A DNA stretch of 23,030 nt from contig JAYGFR010000227.1 in NCBI GenBank assembly GCA_046581755.1, forward strand, positions 1-23,030, read 5' to 3'. Shown piece by piece: positions 1-9,278 of this stretch. Positions within the stretch are counted from its first letter, which is position 1, and each line of letters starts with the position of its first letter. The notes below the pieces were generated by a model that worked only from the letters and a program-made list of their open reading frames with translations, did no database searches and was not told the origin of the DNA. This DNA is from Nitrospinota bacterium. Lineage in GTDB: Bacteria; UBA8248. Made by a program: the position numbers and the translations under genes.

Positions 1-105
1 GTGCCCGAGACGCTGCCAAGGCGCAATCGTTTAAGAGAGGACGGCCGTTCGGCAACTGCCGAGAGTCCGGCGCCAATCTGGACATGCCCCCATTTCGGGT
101 CCGGC

Positions 106-933
106 TTAAAAAGGCCGGCAAAGAACGCCGAGCAGGGTGTCGGCCAGCCCGATGTCTCCTTCGATCCGGAGGCGGCCCGCCGCTTTTTTTGCAACCGGAT
201 CGGCCCGCCCGGTTGTCAGCAGGAGGATATCGCTGGCGGAGACAAATATCTCCGCGTCGAACACCCCCTCCTCCGGAGAAACCGGGTGCGCGCTCCCCGC
301 CTCGACCCGCATCGCCCAACTTCGAACGGGGCCGGCTGTCTCGAACCAGAAGGTGCCCGTCAGTTCCGGGTCCGGGGCATGGTTGAAGAAAAAGGGCAGC
401 CGGAAATCGAGGATATCGACCGCCGCCCCCAGCGCATCGGGATGGAGATCGCCCTCCGGATCGTTCCGGAGGTCCCAATCGTGGAGAATGAGTTCATAGA
501 GCCTCTGGCCGGGGTAGGAGTGCGCCGGGCACGGGCACATCCAGTGCCATGCTTCCTTTTCCATGTCTTCGGGGCGAACCGCCTCGAACACCGCCTGAAG
601 ATTCCAGACCGCCTCCTCGAAGCGGTCCACGCGCTCGCCGCCGGGCAGGGAGGCCAGTTCGGCGCCCACCCGATCCCGGTGGACCCAGAAGCTCTCCAAA
701 TCCTTCGCCCCGAAGGGCATTTCGAGCCGCCCTTCGATTCCCGCCGGTATCACGTGCGCATAAAACCGGGCCCCGAGCGTCATATGGGCGACGACATCCG
801 CCGCCGACCAGCCGGAGCAATAGGTCGGACGCCGCCATCCCGCCTCGTCCAACCCGCACAAAATGGCAATAAACCGGCGATTCTCTTTTTCAACCCACGG
901 GATCGAGGGAATATGCTCTTCGATGGAGGCCAT
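106..933 (-). CDS. Maleylpyruvate isomerase-family (MDMPI/DinB superfamily) metalloenzyme with C-terminal SCP2-like domain, copy 1
   Basis: 275 aa. N-terminal W..PTYCSGWSAADVVAH and ELILHDWD motifs give the H50/E147/H151 metal triad; C-terminal ASDILLLTTGR...GRLRIEGD is SCP2/MDMPI-C-like. GAGAGGA RBS upstream. Confidence 0.85.
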   Translation of the reverse strand: MASIEEHIPSIPWVEKENRRFIAILCGLDEAGWRRPTYCSGWSAADVVAHMTLGARFYAHVIPAGIEGRLEMPFGAKDLESFWVHRDRVGAELASLPGGERVDRFEEAVWNLQAVFEAVRPEDMEKEAWHWMCPCPAHSYPGQRLYELILHDWDLRNDPEGDLHPDALGAAVDILDFRLPFFFNHAPDPELTGTFWFETAGPVRSWAMRVEAGSAHPVSPEEGVFDAEIFVSASDILLLTTGRADPVAKKAAGRLRIEGDIGLADTLLGVLCRPF

Positions 934-1200
934 CCGATCCTCTCGTTATGCCGGCCCGGTAGAACATCCGACCCGGCAGCTATGCCACACCGGATAATAG
1001 CAGGGGGAAATTCCCGGCACCCTGCCGGTGAAACCGGGGCCCTATTCCGGCCCGGCGTTTCCTGTTGGATTCCTTCGTTGGATGCATTCTAACATTCACG
1101 ACCTCCCGGATTTCCCATTTGGACCCATGATTTTTCCATCATTCAGACCGGTTGCTGTTTATCATTCGACCCGTTCATCCTTCCTCTCACCCTCTCACCG

Positions 1201-1246
1201 TAAACGAAAGCCCGCGCCGGAACGAATTTACCGATCCGGCGCGGGC
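1201..1246 (-). terminator. Probable intrinsic terminator downstream of the LVIVD gene
   Basis: Perfect 12-bp stem GCCCGCGCCGGA (1210-1221) / TCCGGCGCGGGC (1235-1246) with a 13-nt loop, followed on the minus strand by TTTCGTTTA; about 100 nt past the stop of the 1351..2622 gene. Confidence 0.6.
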
Positions 1247-1350
1247 CTCCCTGTTTGCTCGATTCGAGTCCGGCGGTTGTCCGCCGCTTGAAAACCGCCC
1301 TCCCGCGGCCAAGGGCCCTCCGCCCAAAGCCGCCGGGGCGGGTGAAAAAC

Positions 1351-2622
1351 CTACCCCGTATATTCCAGGATATGCAACCCCAGTCCCCAGCGGTCGGCGA
1401 CGTAGATCAGGCCCGTATCCTTATCGACCTGAACGTCGTTGCTCTGCGGGCAGCAACGCTCTTTCGTCCCCTCGGGAATGTAGTAGCCCACTTCCTTGGG
1501 GCTGAAGGGATTCGACCAGTCCACGATCCGCAGGCCCGCGTTGAACCAGCAGATGTACATTAGATCGTCTTTCGTCATGTCGAGCCAGATATTGTGCGCG
1601 CCGTAGCGCGAACCCGTCTGACTCCATTTCTTGTCCACGGGCCGCATCTCGATCGGATCGGTCTCATGCGGCATGAAGGTGCTGACCGGGATGGGGTTCT
1701 GGATGTTCCGCATGTCGTAGAAGGTGACGAACGCCGGCGGATGGTCGCAGTTCACTGTCGTCGTCTCGTGCGTCACGATGCCGAACTCGGAGACGTCCGG
1801 GAAGAGGAAGCTGTGGTAGCAGCCGGGCCAGCCGTGGGTTTCGTGGGGGTTCTGGCGCCACATGAACTCGGGCTTGGCCGGGTCGGTTAGGTCGAACATG
1901 ACGATGCCGCTGTCCCAGTAACCGCAGGTGACATAGTTGCCGAACGGGTTTCCCTCGTGAATCCAGGCGCCGTCCCCGACGATCTCGGGGTCCCAGCTGG
2001 GCGACTCGCCTTCTTTTTGGCCCTCAAGCCAGCCGTGTCCGATGAGTTCGGGCGCCCAGGAGTCCTTCATGTCGTGAACGAGGAGGACCTTCCCTTTATA
2101 GCCGTCCTTGAACCCCGAACTGTACATCAACTGCCGCTTGCGGTCGTAGATGGGCCGGTGGATGCCGAACCCGTCCACTTCGACGTAGTTGACGAACTTG
2201 GGATGGAACGGGTCGGTGTTGTCGAAAAGGCGGAGCCCGCCGACCACCTCGGGATCATCTTTGAACTTGGGCCGGATCTCGCTGTTCGTGACGAGGACTT
2301 CATCGTTGATCCGGAGCACCTTATGCGTCCGGGCGGCCGGTTTGTCCACTATCTGATTGACGATCTTCGGGTTGGCCGGGTCCTTCACGTCGAGGATGGT
2401 CATCCCGTCGTGGCCGTTTACGCCCGAGGCCGCTACATAACAGATGCCGCCTCCCACCTGGATCTGGAACGCATCGCCCCATCCGTTCAGGTCGGAATGG
2501 GCCACCAGGCGGACGTTGCGGCTCTCCTCCGGCCAGGGCTCGGTGAGTTGATGGTCCACCCCAATGTAGGCCTCGGGACCCCCGCCCCTGATCGGAGTTG
2601 GATTGTAATATGGTCTGGACAT
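1351..2622 (-). CDS. LVIVD-repeat beta-propeller protein, probably a cytoplasmic metalloenzyme
   Basis: 423 aa with repeated blades GMTILDVKDPANP, GLRLFDNTDPFHP, GIVMFDLTDPAKP, AGLRIVDWSNPFSP. Several His motifs (THK, IHR, IHE, YHS, AHN). No signal peptide. AAGGGA RBS. Confidence 0.8.
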   Translation of the reverse strand: MSRPYYNPTPIRGGGPEAYIGVDHQLTEPWPEESRNVRLVAHSDLNGWGDAFQIQVGGGICYVAASGVNGHDGMTILDVKDPANPKIVNQIVDKPAARTHKVLRINDEVLVTNSEIRPKFKDDPEVVGGLRLFDNTDPFHPKFVNYVEVDGFGIHRPIYDRKRQLMYSSGFKDGYKGKVLLVHDMKDSWAPELIGHGWLEGQKEGESPSWDPEIVGDGAWIHEGNPFGNYVTCGYWDSGIVMFDLTDPAKPEFMWRQNPHETHGWPGCYHSFLFPDVSEFGIVTHETTTVNCDHPPAFVTFYDMRNIQNPIPVSTFMPHETDPIEMRPVDKKWSQTGSRYGAHNIWLDMTKDDLMYICWFNAGLRIVDWSNPFSPKEVGYYIPEGTKERCCPQSNDVQVDKDTGLIYVADRWGLGLHILEYTG

Positions 2623-2684
2623 TTTTTTCCCTTTTTATGAATGCACGGAAGGAAGGAAAATGGTGAATCTTCTATATTGCGATT

Positions 2685-3806
2685 TCACGCTGGCCGAAAC
2701 AGTTTCATGAATTGATCGAACGAGGCCGGCGCCGCTTCGGCTACGGCCAGATTTTCTTCCACATGGGCGGTCTGGCGCATTCCCACGAGCGCCACGGTCA
2801 CGCCCGGCGCGCTCCGGGTGAACTGAATCGCGCGCTGGGCATCAGTGCTTAGGCCCGGAAAGGCCTCGGCCACATCCAGAGGCAGGCCCGCCGCCATCCT
2901 CCCCTGGTGAATCGAGCCGCTCGCCATCACTCCGACGCCCAAGCGTGCGGCCGCGGCGAGAAAGCTCATCCGCTTGCCCCGGACGGTCTGGTTCGGTTTG
3001 GAGAACGCCTCGGGCATCCCCAGGTTGAGGGGAATCTGAACCGCTCTGAAACGATGCCCCTCCCCGCCCGCCACCTCGGCGCACCCGATCACTTCCTCGA
3101 GCGACAAATATTCCACCTCCGCCGGATCCGCCCGGAATCCGGCCCAGGTGGCCGTTCCGTAGCTCCGGATCTTGCCTTCTCCGGCCGCCGCTTCGAGCTC
3201 CGAGAATGCCGCGGTCAGCCGATCTCGAAAAACCTCCCGCGAAACTTCCTGGAGTTGTGTTTCGGGATTGTGGACATAGTATACATCGACCGTATCAACT
3301 CCCAAATTCCCCAGGCTGGCTTCGAGCTCATGGCGCAGATAGGCAGGCGTCATGCAATGGCAATTCGCCACAATGTCCTCCCGTCCGCAGCACCCTGAAT
3401 CGAAAAAGGTCCGCTTCAGGTAGTCCGTGAATTCTTCGGCATCTTTGGGCGGAGCGCCGTCGAACGGGATAAATCCCCCCTTGGTCGTGAGAAAGACCTC
3501 CTCCCGGCGGGCGTCCCCGGCCCCGAGGAGGGAGGCCAGCGCCTCTCCGACGCAGCGCTCGCTCCGCTGGAACCGGTAGTTGATCGCCGAATCGATGACG
3601 TTGCATCCGCCCCGCACCGCCCGGGCCACCGAATCCCGGTAGGCGGCGTCGGTCTCCTCGTCGGCCTCGCCCAGGTAGGTGCCAATCCCGATGGAGGACA
3701 GCCAAAGATCGTCCCACTCCCTGAAATGGCCCGAATCGGATTGGACCGCAAATGAATCGCGAAACGAAGCGGTCCCCCCGGGCGTGGCAAAGCCAAAATA
3801 CGCCAT
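2685..3806 (-). CDS. Aldo/keto reductase family protein
   Basis: 373 aa; SIGIGTY, NVIDSAINY (Asp/Tyr), TKGG (Lys), DVYYVHNPE (His), GKIRSYG, ALVGM...HVEENL motifs of the AKR TIM barrel. Confidence 0.88.
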   Translation of the reverse strand: MAYFGFATPGGTASFRDSFAVQSDSGHFREWDDLWLSSIGIGTYLGEADEETDAAYRDSVARAVRGGCNVIDSAINYRFQRSERCVGEALASLLGAGDARREEVFLTTKGGFIPFDGAPPKDAEEFTDYLKRTFFDSGCCGREDIVANCHCMTPAYLRHELEASLGNLGVDTVDVYYVHNPETQLQEVSREVFRDRLTAAFSELEAAAGEGKIRSYGTATWAGFRADPAEVEYLSLEEVIGCAEVAGGEGHRFRAVQIPLNLGMPEAFSKPNQTVRGKRMSFLAAAARLGVGVMASGSIHQGRMAAGLPLDVAEAFPGLSTDAQRAIQFTRSAPGVTVALVGMRQTAHVEENLAVAEAAPASFDQFMKLFRPA

Positions 3807-3849
3807 TTTCGCTTCCCCAGGTTGTCAGGCATCTGTTCGACACTCCCAT

Positions 3850-3877
3850 ATTATACCCTTGGGAACCCCAAGGTAAA
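3850..3877 (-). promoter_or_regulatory. Candidate sigma70 promoter of the AKR gene, with an inverted repeat in the spacer
   Basis: Minus strand TTTACC (3877-3872), 16 nt, TATAAT (3855-3850). CCTTGGG-aac-CCCAAGG (3857-3873) lies between and overlaps the boxes. Confidence 0.45.
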
Positions 3878-3987
3878 ATCCGGCCGGAAGCGGTTTGATA
3901 AGTGGCATTATTTTCGTTTCGGGCATGCTCCATCGCCGCCGATGCCTGCATTTATCCAGAAAAATTCGATATTTTCCCCTGCCTATC

Positions 3988-4054
3988 TTGACACCTCCCA
4001 CCATTCCTCCCGATACTTTTCCCACCGGATAAATCAGTATATAATGAATATAAT
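3988..4054 (+). promoter_or_regulatory. Candidate sigma70 promoter region of the cox-like operon
   Basis: TTGACA (3988-3993), 18 nt, GATACT (4012-4017), plus two perfect TATAAT hexamers at 4040-4045 and 4049-4054 in an AT-rich patch. Confidence 0.45.
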
Positions 4055-4156
4055 CTGCTCCTGGCGTTCATCGCCAAAGGAAAAGCCGCTTTGGTTCGGG
4101 TGGGCTCGCAGCCTGGACCATCCGGCGCTGCGGCCGCTAATTCCCGGGGATTGATC

Positions 4157-4621
4157 GTGGAAATTTCGCTGAGCATCAACGGTCAGATTCAAAGATTCGA
4201 CGTTGAACCAAGAACCCTCCTGGTCGATTTGCTGCGCGATGAAGCCAACCTGACCGGAACCCATGTGGCTTGCGAAACGTCGGTCTGCGGCGCCTGCACC
4301 GTTCTGTTGGACGAGCAGGCCGTGAAAAGCTGCACCGTTCTCGCCGTACAGGCGGACGGATGCGAGGTGACGACCATCGAAGGGCTCTCCGGGAAGGGCG
4401 AACTCCATCCCATTCAAAAACAATTCTGGGAAAAGCACGGCCTTCAATGCGGCTTCTGCACGCCCGGAATGATATTTTCCGCCTATCAACTTCTCGACCG
4501 GAATCCGGAGCCCTCGGAGGAGGAGATCCGCCACGGCATCGAGGGCAATATCTGCCGGTGCACGGGGTATCAGCATATCGTGGATGCGATCCAGGCGGCT
4601 GGCGCGGAAATGAAAAAGTAG
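4157..4621 (+). CDS. coxS: Molybdenum hydroxylase / aerobic CODH-type small [2Fe-2S] subunit
   Basis: CETSVCGAC...C and QCGFCTPG...CRCTGY, two 2Fe-2S Cys sets. GTG at 4157 chosen because GGGGA lies 6 nt upstream (ORF track starts at 4091). Confidence 0.9.
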   Translation: MEISLSINGQIQRFDVEPRTLLVDLLRDEANLTGTHVACETSVCGACTVLLDEQAVKSCTVLAVQADGCEVTTIEGLSGKGELHPIQKQFWEKHGLQCGFCTPGMIFSAYQLLDRNPEPSEEEIRHGIEGNICRCTGYQHIVDAIQAAGAEMKK

Positions 4622-4681
4622 GCGCAAAAACTTCCCGGCCGGGTGCGTTGCCGCTGTCCGGCGGATCATGAGGCAATCAAA

Positions 4682-7021
4682 ATGGCGAAGGTGCCCGAGG
4701 TCCCCAAGTTTATCGGCTCTCCCATCAAACGAAGGGAAGACCCGAAACTCGTCCGGGGACTGGCCCAATACGTAGACGATATCCGGCTACCGGGCACCCT
4801 TCACATGGCCATTGTCCGCAGCCCCTACGGCAGCGCCGCCATCCGGAACATCGACTATTCGCGGCTCCTCGATACCCCAGGGGTGGTGGCCGTCTACACC
4901 GCAGCCGATCTGGCGGGCAAGGTCGGTCCCGTACCGGTGGCGGGCCTGGTGCCCGGCGCCAAGGTGCCCGTCCAGCCTGTATTGGCTGAGGGGCTGGTTA
5001 AATTCGCCGGAGAGCCCGTGGCGGCGGTCGTGTGCGAAACCCGTTACGGGGCGAGGGACGCGGCGGATCTCATCGAAATCGACTACGAGGCGAAAGATGC
5101 GGCGGTGGACCTCGAAAAGGCGGCCGCGCCGGATGCTCCCAAGGTGCATGAGGAATACGAGAGCAACGTCGCCTTTAATTGGGAGCTCGTGGGCGGAGAC
5201 GCCGCGCAGGGTTTAAAGGACGCCGACCTCATCGTCCGCCAAAGAATCGTGAACGGCCGTGTCGCCCCCATCGCCCTGGAGCCGAGGGGCGTCCTGGCCC
5301 GGTACGATGTCGGCGAGGACAAGCTCACGCTCTGGACCTCGACCCAGGTGCCCCACAAGGTGCGCACCCACGTCGCCGAGCAACTCGGCATGGCGGAGAA
5401 TCGCTTCCGCGTCATCACCCCCGAGGTCGGGGGCGGCTTCGGAAGCAAACTCAACATCTACCGCGAGGAAGCCCTGGTGGCGTACGTCGCCCGGGATTTG
5501 GGCCGGCCCGTCAAATGGATCGAAACCCGGTCGGAGAACTTCCTCGCCACTATCCACGGGCGCGGCCAAATCGGCGACGTGGAAATGGGATTCATGAAGG
5601 ACGGGACCGTCACCGCTATCCGCTATAACGTCCTGGCCGATTGCGGGGCCTACTATCAATACCTGACCGTCACCATCTTCACCCTCACCGGACTCATGCT
5701 GCCGGGACCCTACAAGATTCCGAACATCGAGATGAAGGTGACGGGCATCTTCACCAACAAGATAGCGACCGACGCCTACCGCGGAGCCGGGCGCCCCGAG
5801 GCCACCTACGTTCTCGAGCGCATGATGGACATCGCCGCCGCCGAGTTGGGGATGGACCCGGCGGAAATCCGGAGGAAAAATTTTCCGGACAAATCGGAGT
5901 TTCCCTTCAACACGGCGGCGGGGCTCTCCTACGACAGCGGCGACTATCACATGACGCTGGATCGGGCGCTCGAAAACGCAGGCTACGCCGACATGCGGCG
6001 CGAACAGGAGGAAGCCCGCAAGGAAGGCCGCTACCTTGGAATCGGGCTTTCCACCTATGTCGAAGTCTGCGGCATGGGTCCCTCGGCGGCCCTTGGCGGC
6101 CAGGGCTGGGAGAGCGCCCGGGTGCGCGTCGAGCCGGGCGGCAAGGTGACCGTGTTCTCGGGCGCCTCGCCTCACGGCCAGGGTCAAAAAACGTCCTTCG
6201 CCCAAATCGCGGCCGATGGCCTTGGAATCGACATAGAGGACGTGGAGGTCATCCACGGGGACACGGACACCGTTCCTTTCGGAGTCGGCACGTTCGGCAG
6301 CCGGGGAACGGTGGTCGGCGGCACCGCGGTCGTCATGGCTCGGGACAAGGTGCGCGAAAAGATGGCCCGCTTCGCCGCGATGAAGCTCGAAGCCGACGTG
6401 GGGGATATCGAGTTCGCGGGCGGAAAAATCTATGTGGCGGGCGCACCGGAGCGCTCGGCCGAATTCGCCGAGATCGCGGCCATGGCTTACTCGGCAATCG
6501 AACTGCCCCCGGGAACCGAGCCCGGCCTCGAGGAGACGACCTTCTTCGAGCCGCCCAACTTCACCTTCCCATTCGGCGCCCATGTCGTTCTGGCCGAAGT
6601 GGACCCCGAGACCGGGGATGTGAAAATTCTCCGCTATATCGCCGTGGACGATGTGGGAAACCAAATCAATCCTCTCCTGGTCGCGGGCCAGATTCACGGG
6701 GGCATCGCCCAGGGAGTGGGGCAAGCATTAGAAGAAGAAATGCTTTACGAAACCGGTGGCCAGCCCATCAACGGCTCGCTGATGCACTATGCGCTGCCCA
6801 AGGCGAGCCTTTTTCCGAGATTCGAACTGGATCAAACTGTCACCCCCACGGACGTGAATCCCCTCGGGGCCAAGGGAGTAGGCGAGGCGGGCACCATCGG
6901 CTCGACCCCCGCCGTCGTGAACGCGGTCGTGGACGCCCTTTCTCCTTTCGGCGTCAGGCACCTGGACATGCCCGTCCGGCCCGAACGGATCTGGCGAATC
7001 GCTGCCGGCAAGGAGGGTTGA
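4682..7021 (+). CDS. coxL: Xanthine dehydrogenase-family molybdopterin-binding large subunit (form II CoxL-like)
   Basis: RREDPKLVRG, STQVPH, GGGFGSK, AYRGAGRPEA (form II loop), HGQG, GTFGSR, GQIHGGIAQG, AKGVGEAG (catalytic Glu). ATG at 4682 follows GAGG. Confidence 0.9.
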   Translation: MAKVPEVPKFIGSPIKRREDPKLVRGLAQYVDDIRLPGTLHMAIVRSPYGSAAIRNIDYSRLLDTPGVVAVYTAADLAGKVGPVPVAGLVPGAKVPVQPVLAEGLVKFAGEPVAAVVCETRYGARDAADLIEIDYEAKDAAVDLEKAAAPDAPKVHEEYESNVAFNWELVGGDAAQGLKDADLIVRQRIVNGRVAPIALEPRGVLARYDVGEDKLTLWTSTQVPHKVRTHVAEQLGMAENRFRVITPEVGGGFGSKLNIYREEALVAYVARDLGRPVKWIETRSENFLATIHGRGQIGDVEMGFMKDGTVTAIRYNVLADCGAYYQYLTVTIFTLTGLMLPGPYKIPNIEMKVTGIFTNKIATDAYRGAGRPEATYVLERMMDIAAAELGMDPAEIRRKNFPDKSEFPFNTAAGLSYDSGDYHMTLDRALENAGYADMRREQEEARKEGRYLGIGLSTYVEVCGMGPSAALGGQGWESARVRVEPGGKVTVFSGASPHGQGQKTSFAQIAADGLGIDIEDVEVIHGDTDTVPFGVGTFGSRGTVVGGTAVVMARDKVREKMARFAAMKLEADVGDIEFAGGKIYVAGAPERSAEFAEIAAMAYSAIELPPGTEPGLEETTFFEPPNFTFPFGAHVVLAEVDPETGDVKILRYIAVDDVGNQINPLLVAGQIHGGIAQGVGQALEEEMLYETGGQPINGSLMHYALPKASLFPRFELDQTVTPTDVNPLGAKGVGEAGTIGSTPAVVNAVVDALSPFGVRHLDMPVRPERIWRIAAGKEG

Positions 7022-7022
7022 G

Positions 7023-7892
7023 ATGATTCCCGCCGGATTCGATTACCGAAGGGCAGAAACTCTCGAGGAGGCCATTCAGCTTCTTCAAGAGCACGGGGAG
7101 GAGGCGAAGATCATCTCCGGCGGGCATAGCCTGCTGCCCATCCTGAAGGCCCGTCTCGCCCAGCCGGGCATGCTCGTGGATATCAGCCGGATTCCCGCTC
7201 TTTCCGGGATCCTCGAAGAAGAACAGATTCTCATCATCGGCGCCCTGACGACCCATCATGAGATCGAGAGTTCGCCCGAGGTCCGGAAATTGTGCCCCCT
7301 CCTGGCCGAGACGGCCGCCCAAATTGGAGACGTCCAGGTGCGCAACCGAGGGACCATCGGCGGGAGTATCTCCCACGCAGACCCCGCGGCCGACTATCCG
7401 GCGCCGCTGATTGCCCTGGACGCGGAATTCTTGGTCACCGGTCCCGACGGGACCCACTCGAACCGCGCAGAGAATTTCTTCGAGGGCACATTCGAGACGG
7501 CGCTGAGCCCGAATGAAATTCTCACCTCGGTGCATATCCCCATTCTCGGGCGCAGGACCGGCGCAAGCTATTGCAAGGCGGCTCAGCAGGCGAGCGGATT
7601 CGCCGTGTGCGGGGTGGCGGCCCTCGTCGAATTGGGAGATGACGGTCTGGTCTCAAAAGCCAGCGTTGGGATCACGGGCGTGGCCGGGGCGGCTTACCGC
7701 GCCACCCCGGTGGAAGAGGCCATTGCCGGAAAAGCCCCGTCAGCCGAAAATATAGAGGCCGCCGCCGCATATGCGGCCGATGATATCGTGCCGTTCGAAG
7801 ACCTCTACGCGACACCGGAGTTCCGCCGGCATCTCGCCGAGGTGTGGACGAGGCGCGCCCTCGATCGGGCCGCCCGGATGGCTGGTTCATGA
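7023..7892 (+). CDS. coxM: Molybdenum hydroxylase FAD-binding medium subunit
   Basis: SGGHSLLP, QVRNRGTIGGS, ADPAAD FAD-binding motifs; starts 1 nt after the coxL stop, with GGAGG RBS. Confidence 0.9.
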   Translation: MIPAGFDYRRAETLEEAIQLLQEHGEEAKIISGGHSLLPILKARLAQPGMLVDISRIPALSGILEEEQILIIGALTTHHEIESSPEVRKLCPLLAETAAQIGDVQVRNRGTIGGSISHADPAADYPAPLIALDAEFLVTGPDGTHSNRAENFFEGTFETALSPNEILTSVHIPILGRRTGASYCKAAQQASGFAVCGVAALVELGDDGLVSKASVGITGVAGAAYRATPVEEAIAGKAPSAENIEAAAAYAADDIVPFEDLYATPEFRRHLAEVWTRRALDRAARMAGS

Positions 7893-8716
7893 CCGAAAGC
7901 ACCCCTTTGATTCCCTCGTTTTCTCACCTCGATCGCCACAACGAACTCCTCATTTCCACCCTGAAGGAATTCGGCGACGATGACTGGCGGAAACCCAGCT
8001 ACTGCCCGGGCTGGACCGCGGCCCACGTCATCGGCCACATGACCCTGGGCGCCCATTTTTACGCCCACACGGTGCGCAACGGTCAGGAGGGGGTTCAGTC
8101 GATCCCCTTCGGCGCGAAAGACATCCCCGAATTCAGGCAAATCCGCGCCGCCCGGATGGAGGAGCTGACCGCTCTTTCCGGAGAAGAGCGGATTGGCCGC
8201 TTTCAAGAGACGGTGGACGGCCTCCAGGAAGCGTTCGCCTCGATTCTCCCGGACAATCTGGATAAACCCGCCTGGCATCCCCGGTGCCCCACCCCCATCC
8301 GGTTATTCCCTACTCAGCGATTCTACGAACTCATCCTTCACGGATGGGACATTCGGAACGAACCGGAGACCTCGATCATCCCGGAGGGATTGGATCACGG
8401 GGCCGAAATTCTAAAAGAGCGGCTGCCGTTTTTCTACAACCAGGCGCCCGATCCCGATCTCGAAGGGTTTTTCCGCCTCGAAACCACGGACCCCGCGCAC
8501 GCCTGGGGCCTCGAAATCCGGAACCGATCGGCCGCCCTCCGGCCCCCGGACGGAACTGGCGCCGATGTGCGCCTCACGGCATCGGCAAGCGACATGATCC
8601 TCCTCGCCTGCGGCCGTGCGGACATCCAGGCCAGGCGCGCATCCGGCGCCCTGCGGATCGAGGGAAGTGAGGAAAAAGCCGAGGCGTTCTTGAAAATATT
8701 TTTCAGCTCCTTCTAG
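7889..8716 (+). CDS. MDMPI/DinB-family metalloenzyme, copy 2
   Basis: ATG overlaps the coxM stop (ATGA). 275 aa; YCPGWTAAHVIGH and ELILHGWD motifs; aligns without gaps to 106..933. Confidence 0.85.
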   Translation: MTESTPLIPSFSHLDRHNELLISTLKEFGDDDWRKPSYCPGWTAAHVIGHMTLGAHFYAHTVRNGQEGVQSIPFGAKDIPEFRQIRAARMEELTALSGEERIGRFQETVDGLQEAFASILPDNLDKPAWHPRCPTPIRLFPTQRFYELILHGWDIRNEPETSIIPEGLDHGAEILKERLPFFYNQAPDPDLEGFFRLETTDPAHAWGLEIRNRSAALRPPDGTGADVRLTASASDMILLACGRADIQARRASGALRIEGSEEKAEAFLKIFFSSF

Positions 8717-8737
8717 CACCCCTTTCGCCGAGGGTTC

Positions 8738-9250
8738 ATGAAACTTCTCATCGACGGGTACAACGTCATTCCGGCCATCCCCGAGTTGGGCCGGAAGCTC
8801 CGGAGCGATTTGGAGGAGGGGCGGGATGCGTTCCTCTCTCTCTTGGGAGAGTACAAGCGCGCCTCGTCCGCTCCGCTCGATATCACCGTCATCTTCGACG
8901 GGAAGCGCAATCCCGGAGGGGACACGGCAATGCGGATTCACGGGATTGGCGTGCGGTTTTCCCGGAACGAGATCGCCGACGACCTGATTCTGCGGCTTTT
9001 GAAAAATGAGATGTGGGGCGCAACCCTTGTGACCTCGGACCGCGGGCTCCGCGACGCCGCTGAGCCGATGGCGGGTGCCCTGGTCCGATCGGGCGAATTC
9101 GCAGACCGTCTTTTGTTGGCGATGGAAGAAGGAGGCGGCGAAGGAGAAACCGCCGAGCGGCCCACCCGCCATTCGACCAAAAAGAAGGGAAACCCCCGGC
9201 GGCTCTCGAAAAAAGAGCGCGTCCGCCAGCGCTCTCTCAAAAATCTCTAA
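8738..9250 (+). CDS. NYN-domain (YacP/Rae1-like, PIN fold) putative RNase
   Basis: LLIDGYNVI, VIFDG, ADDLI, VTSDRGL acidic motifs and a basic C-terminal tail (KKGNPRRLSKK). Confidence 0.85.
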   Translation: MKLLIDGYNVIPAIPELGRKLRSDLEEGRDAFLSLLGEYKRASSAPLDITVIFDGKRNPGGDTAMRIHGIGVRFSRNEIADDLILRLLKNEMWGATLVTSDRGLRDAAEPMAGALVRSGEFADRLLLAMEEGGGEGETAERPTRHSTKKKGNPRRLSKKERVRQRSLKNL

Positions 9251-9278
9251 TCTTCCCTCCAGCTTATATTCCCACTCC

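Noticed and set aside
1..85. Possible start of a minus-strand gene running off the window (ATG at 85)
   Set aside because: Only 28 codons are visible and show no recognisable motif.
5213..6724. Long antisense or alternate-frame ORFs (also 1..1092, 5641..7026, 9624..11288, 15551..16531, 17773..18990)
   Set aside because: Shadow ORFs of GC-rich genes with no recognisable motifs, each overlapping a well-supported CDS.
4682..7021. True aerobic CO dehydrogenase (form I)
   Set aside because: Active-site loop is AYRGAGR, not AYxCSFR; gene order is S-L-M; no accessory cox genes.
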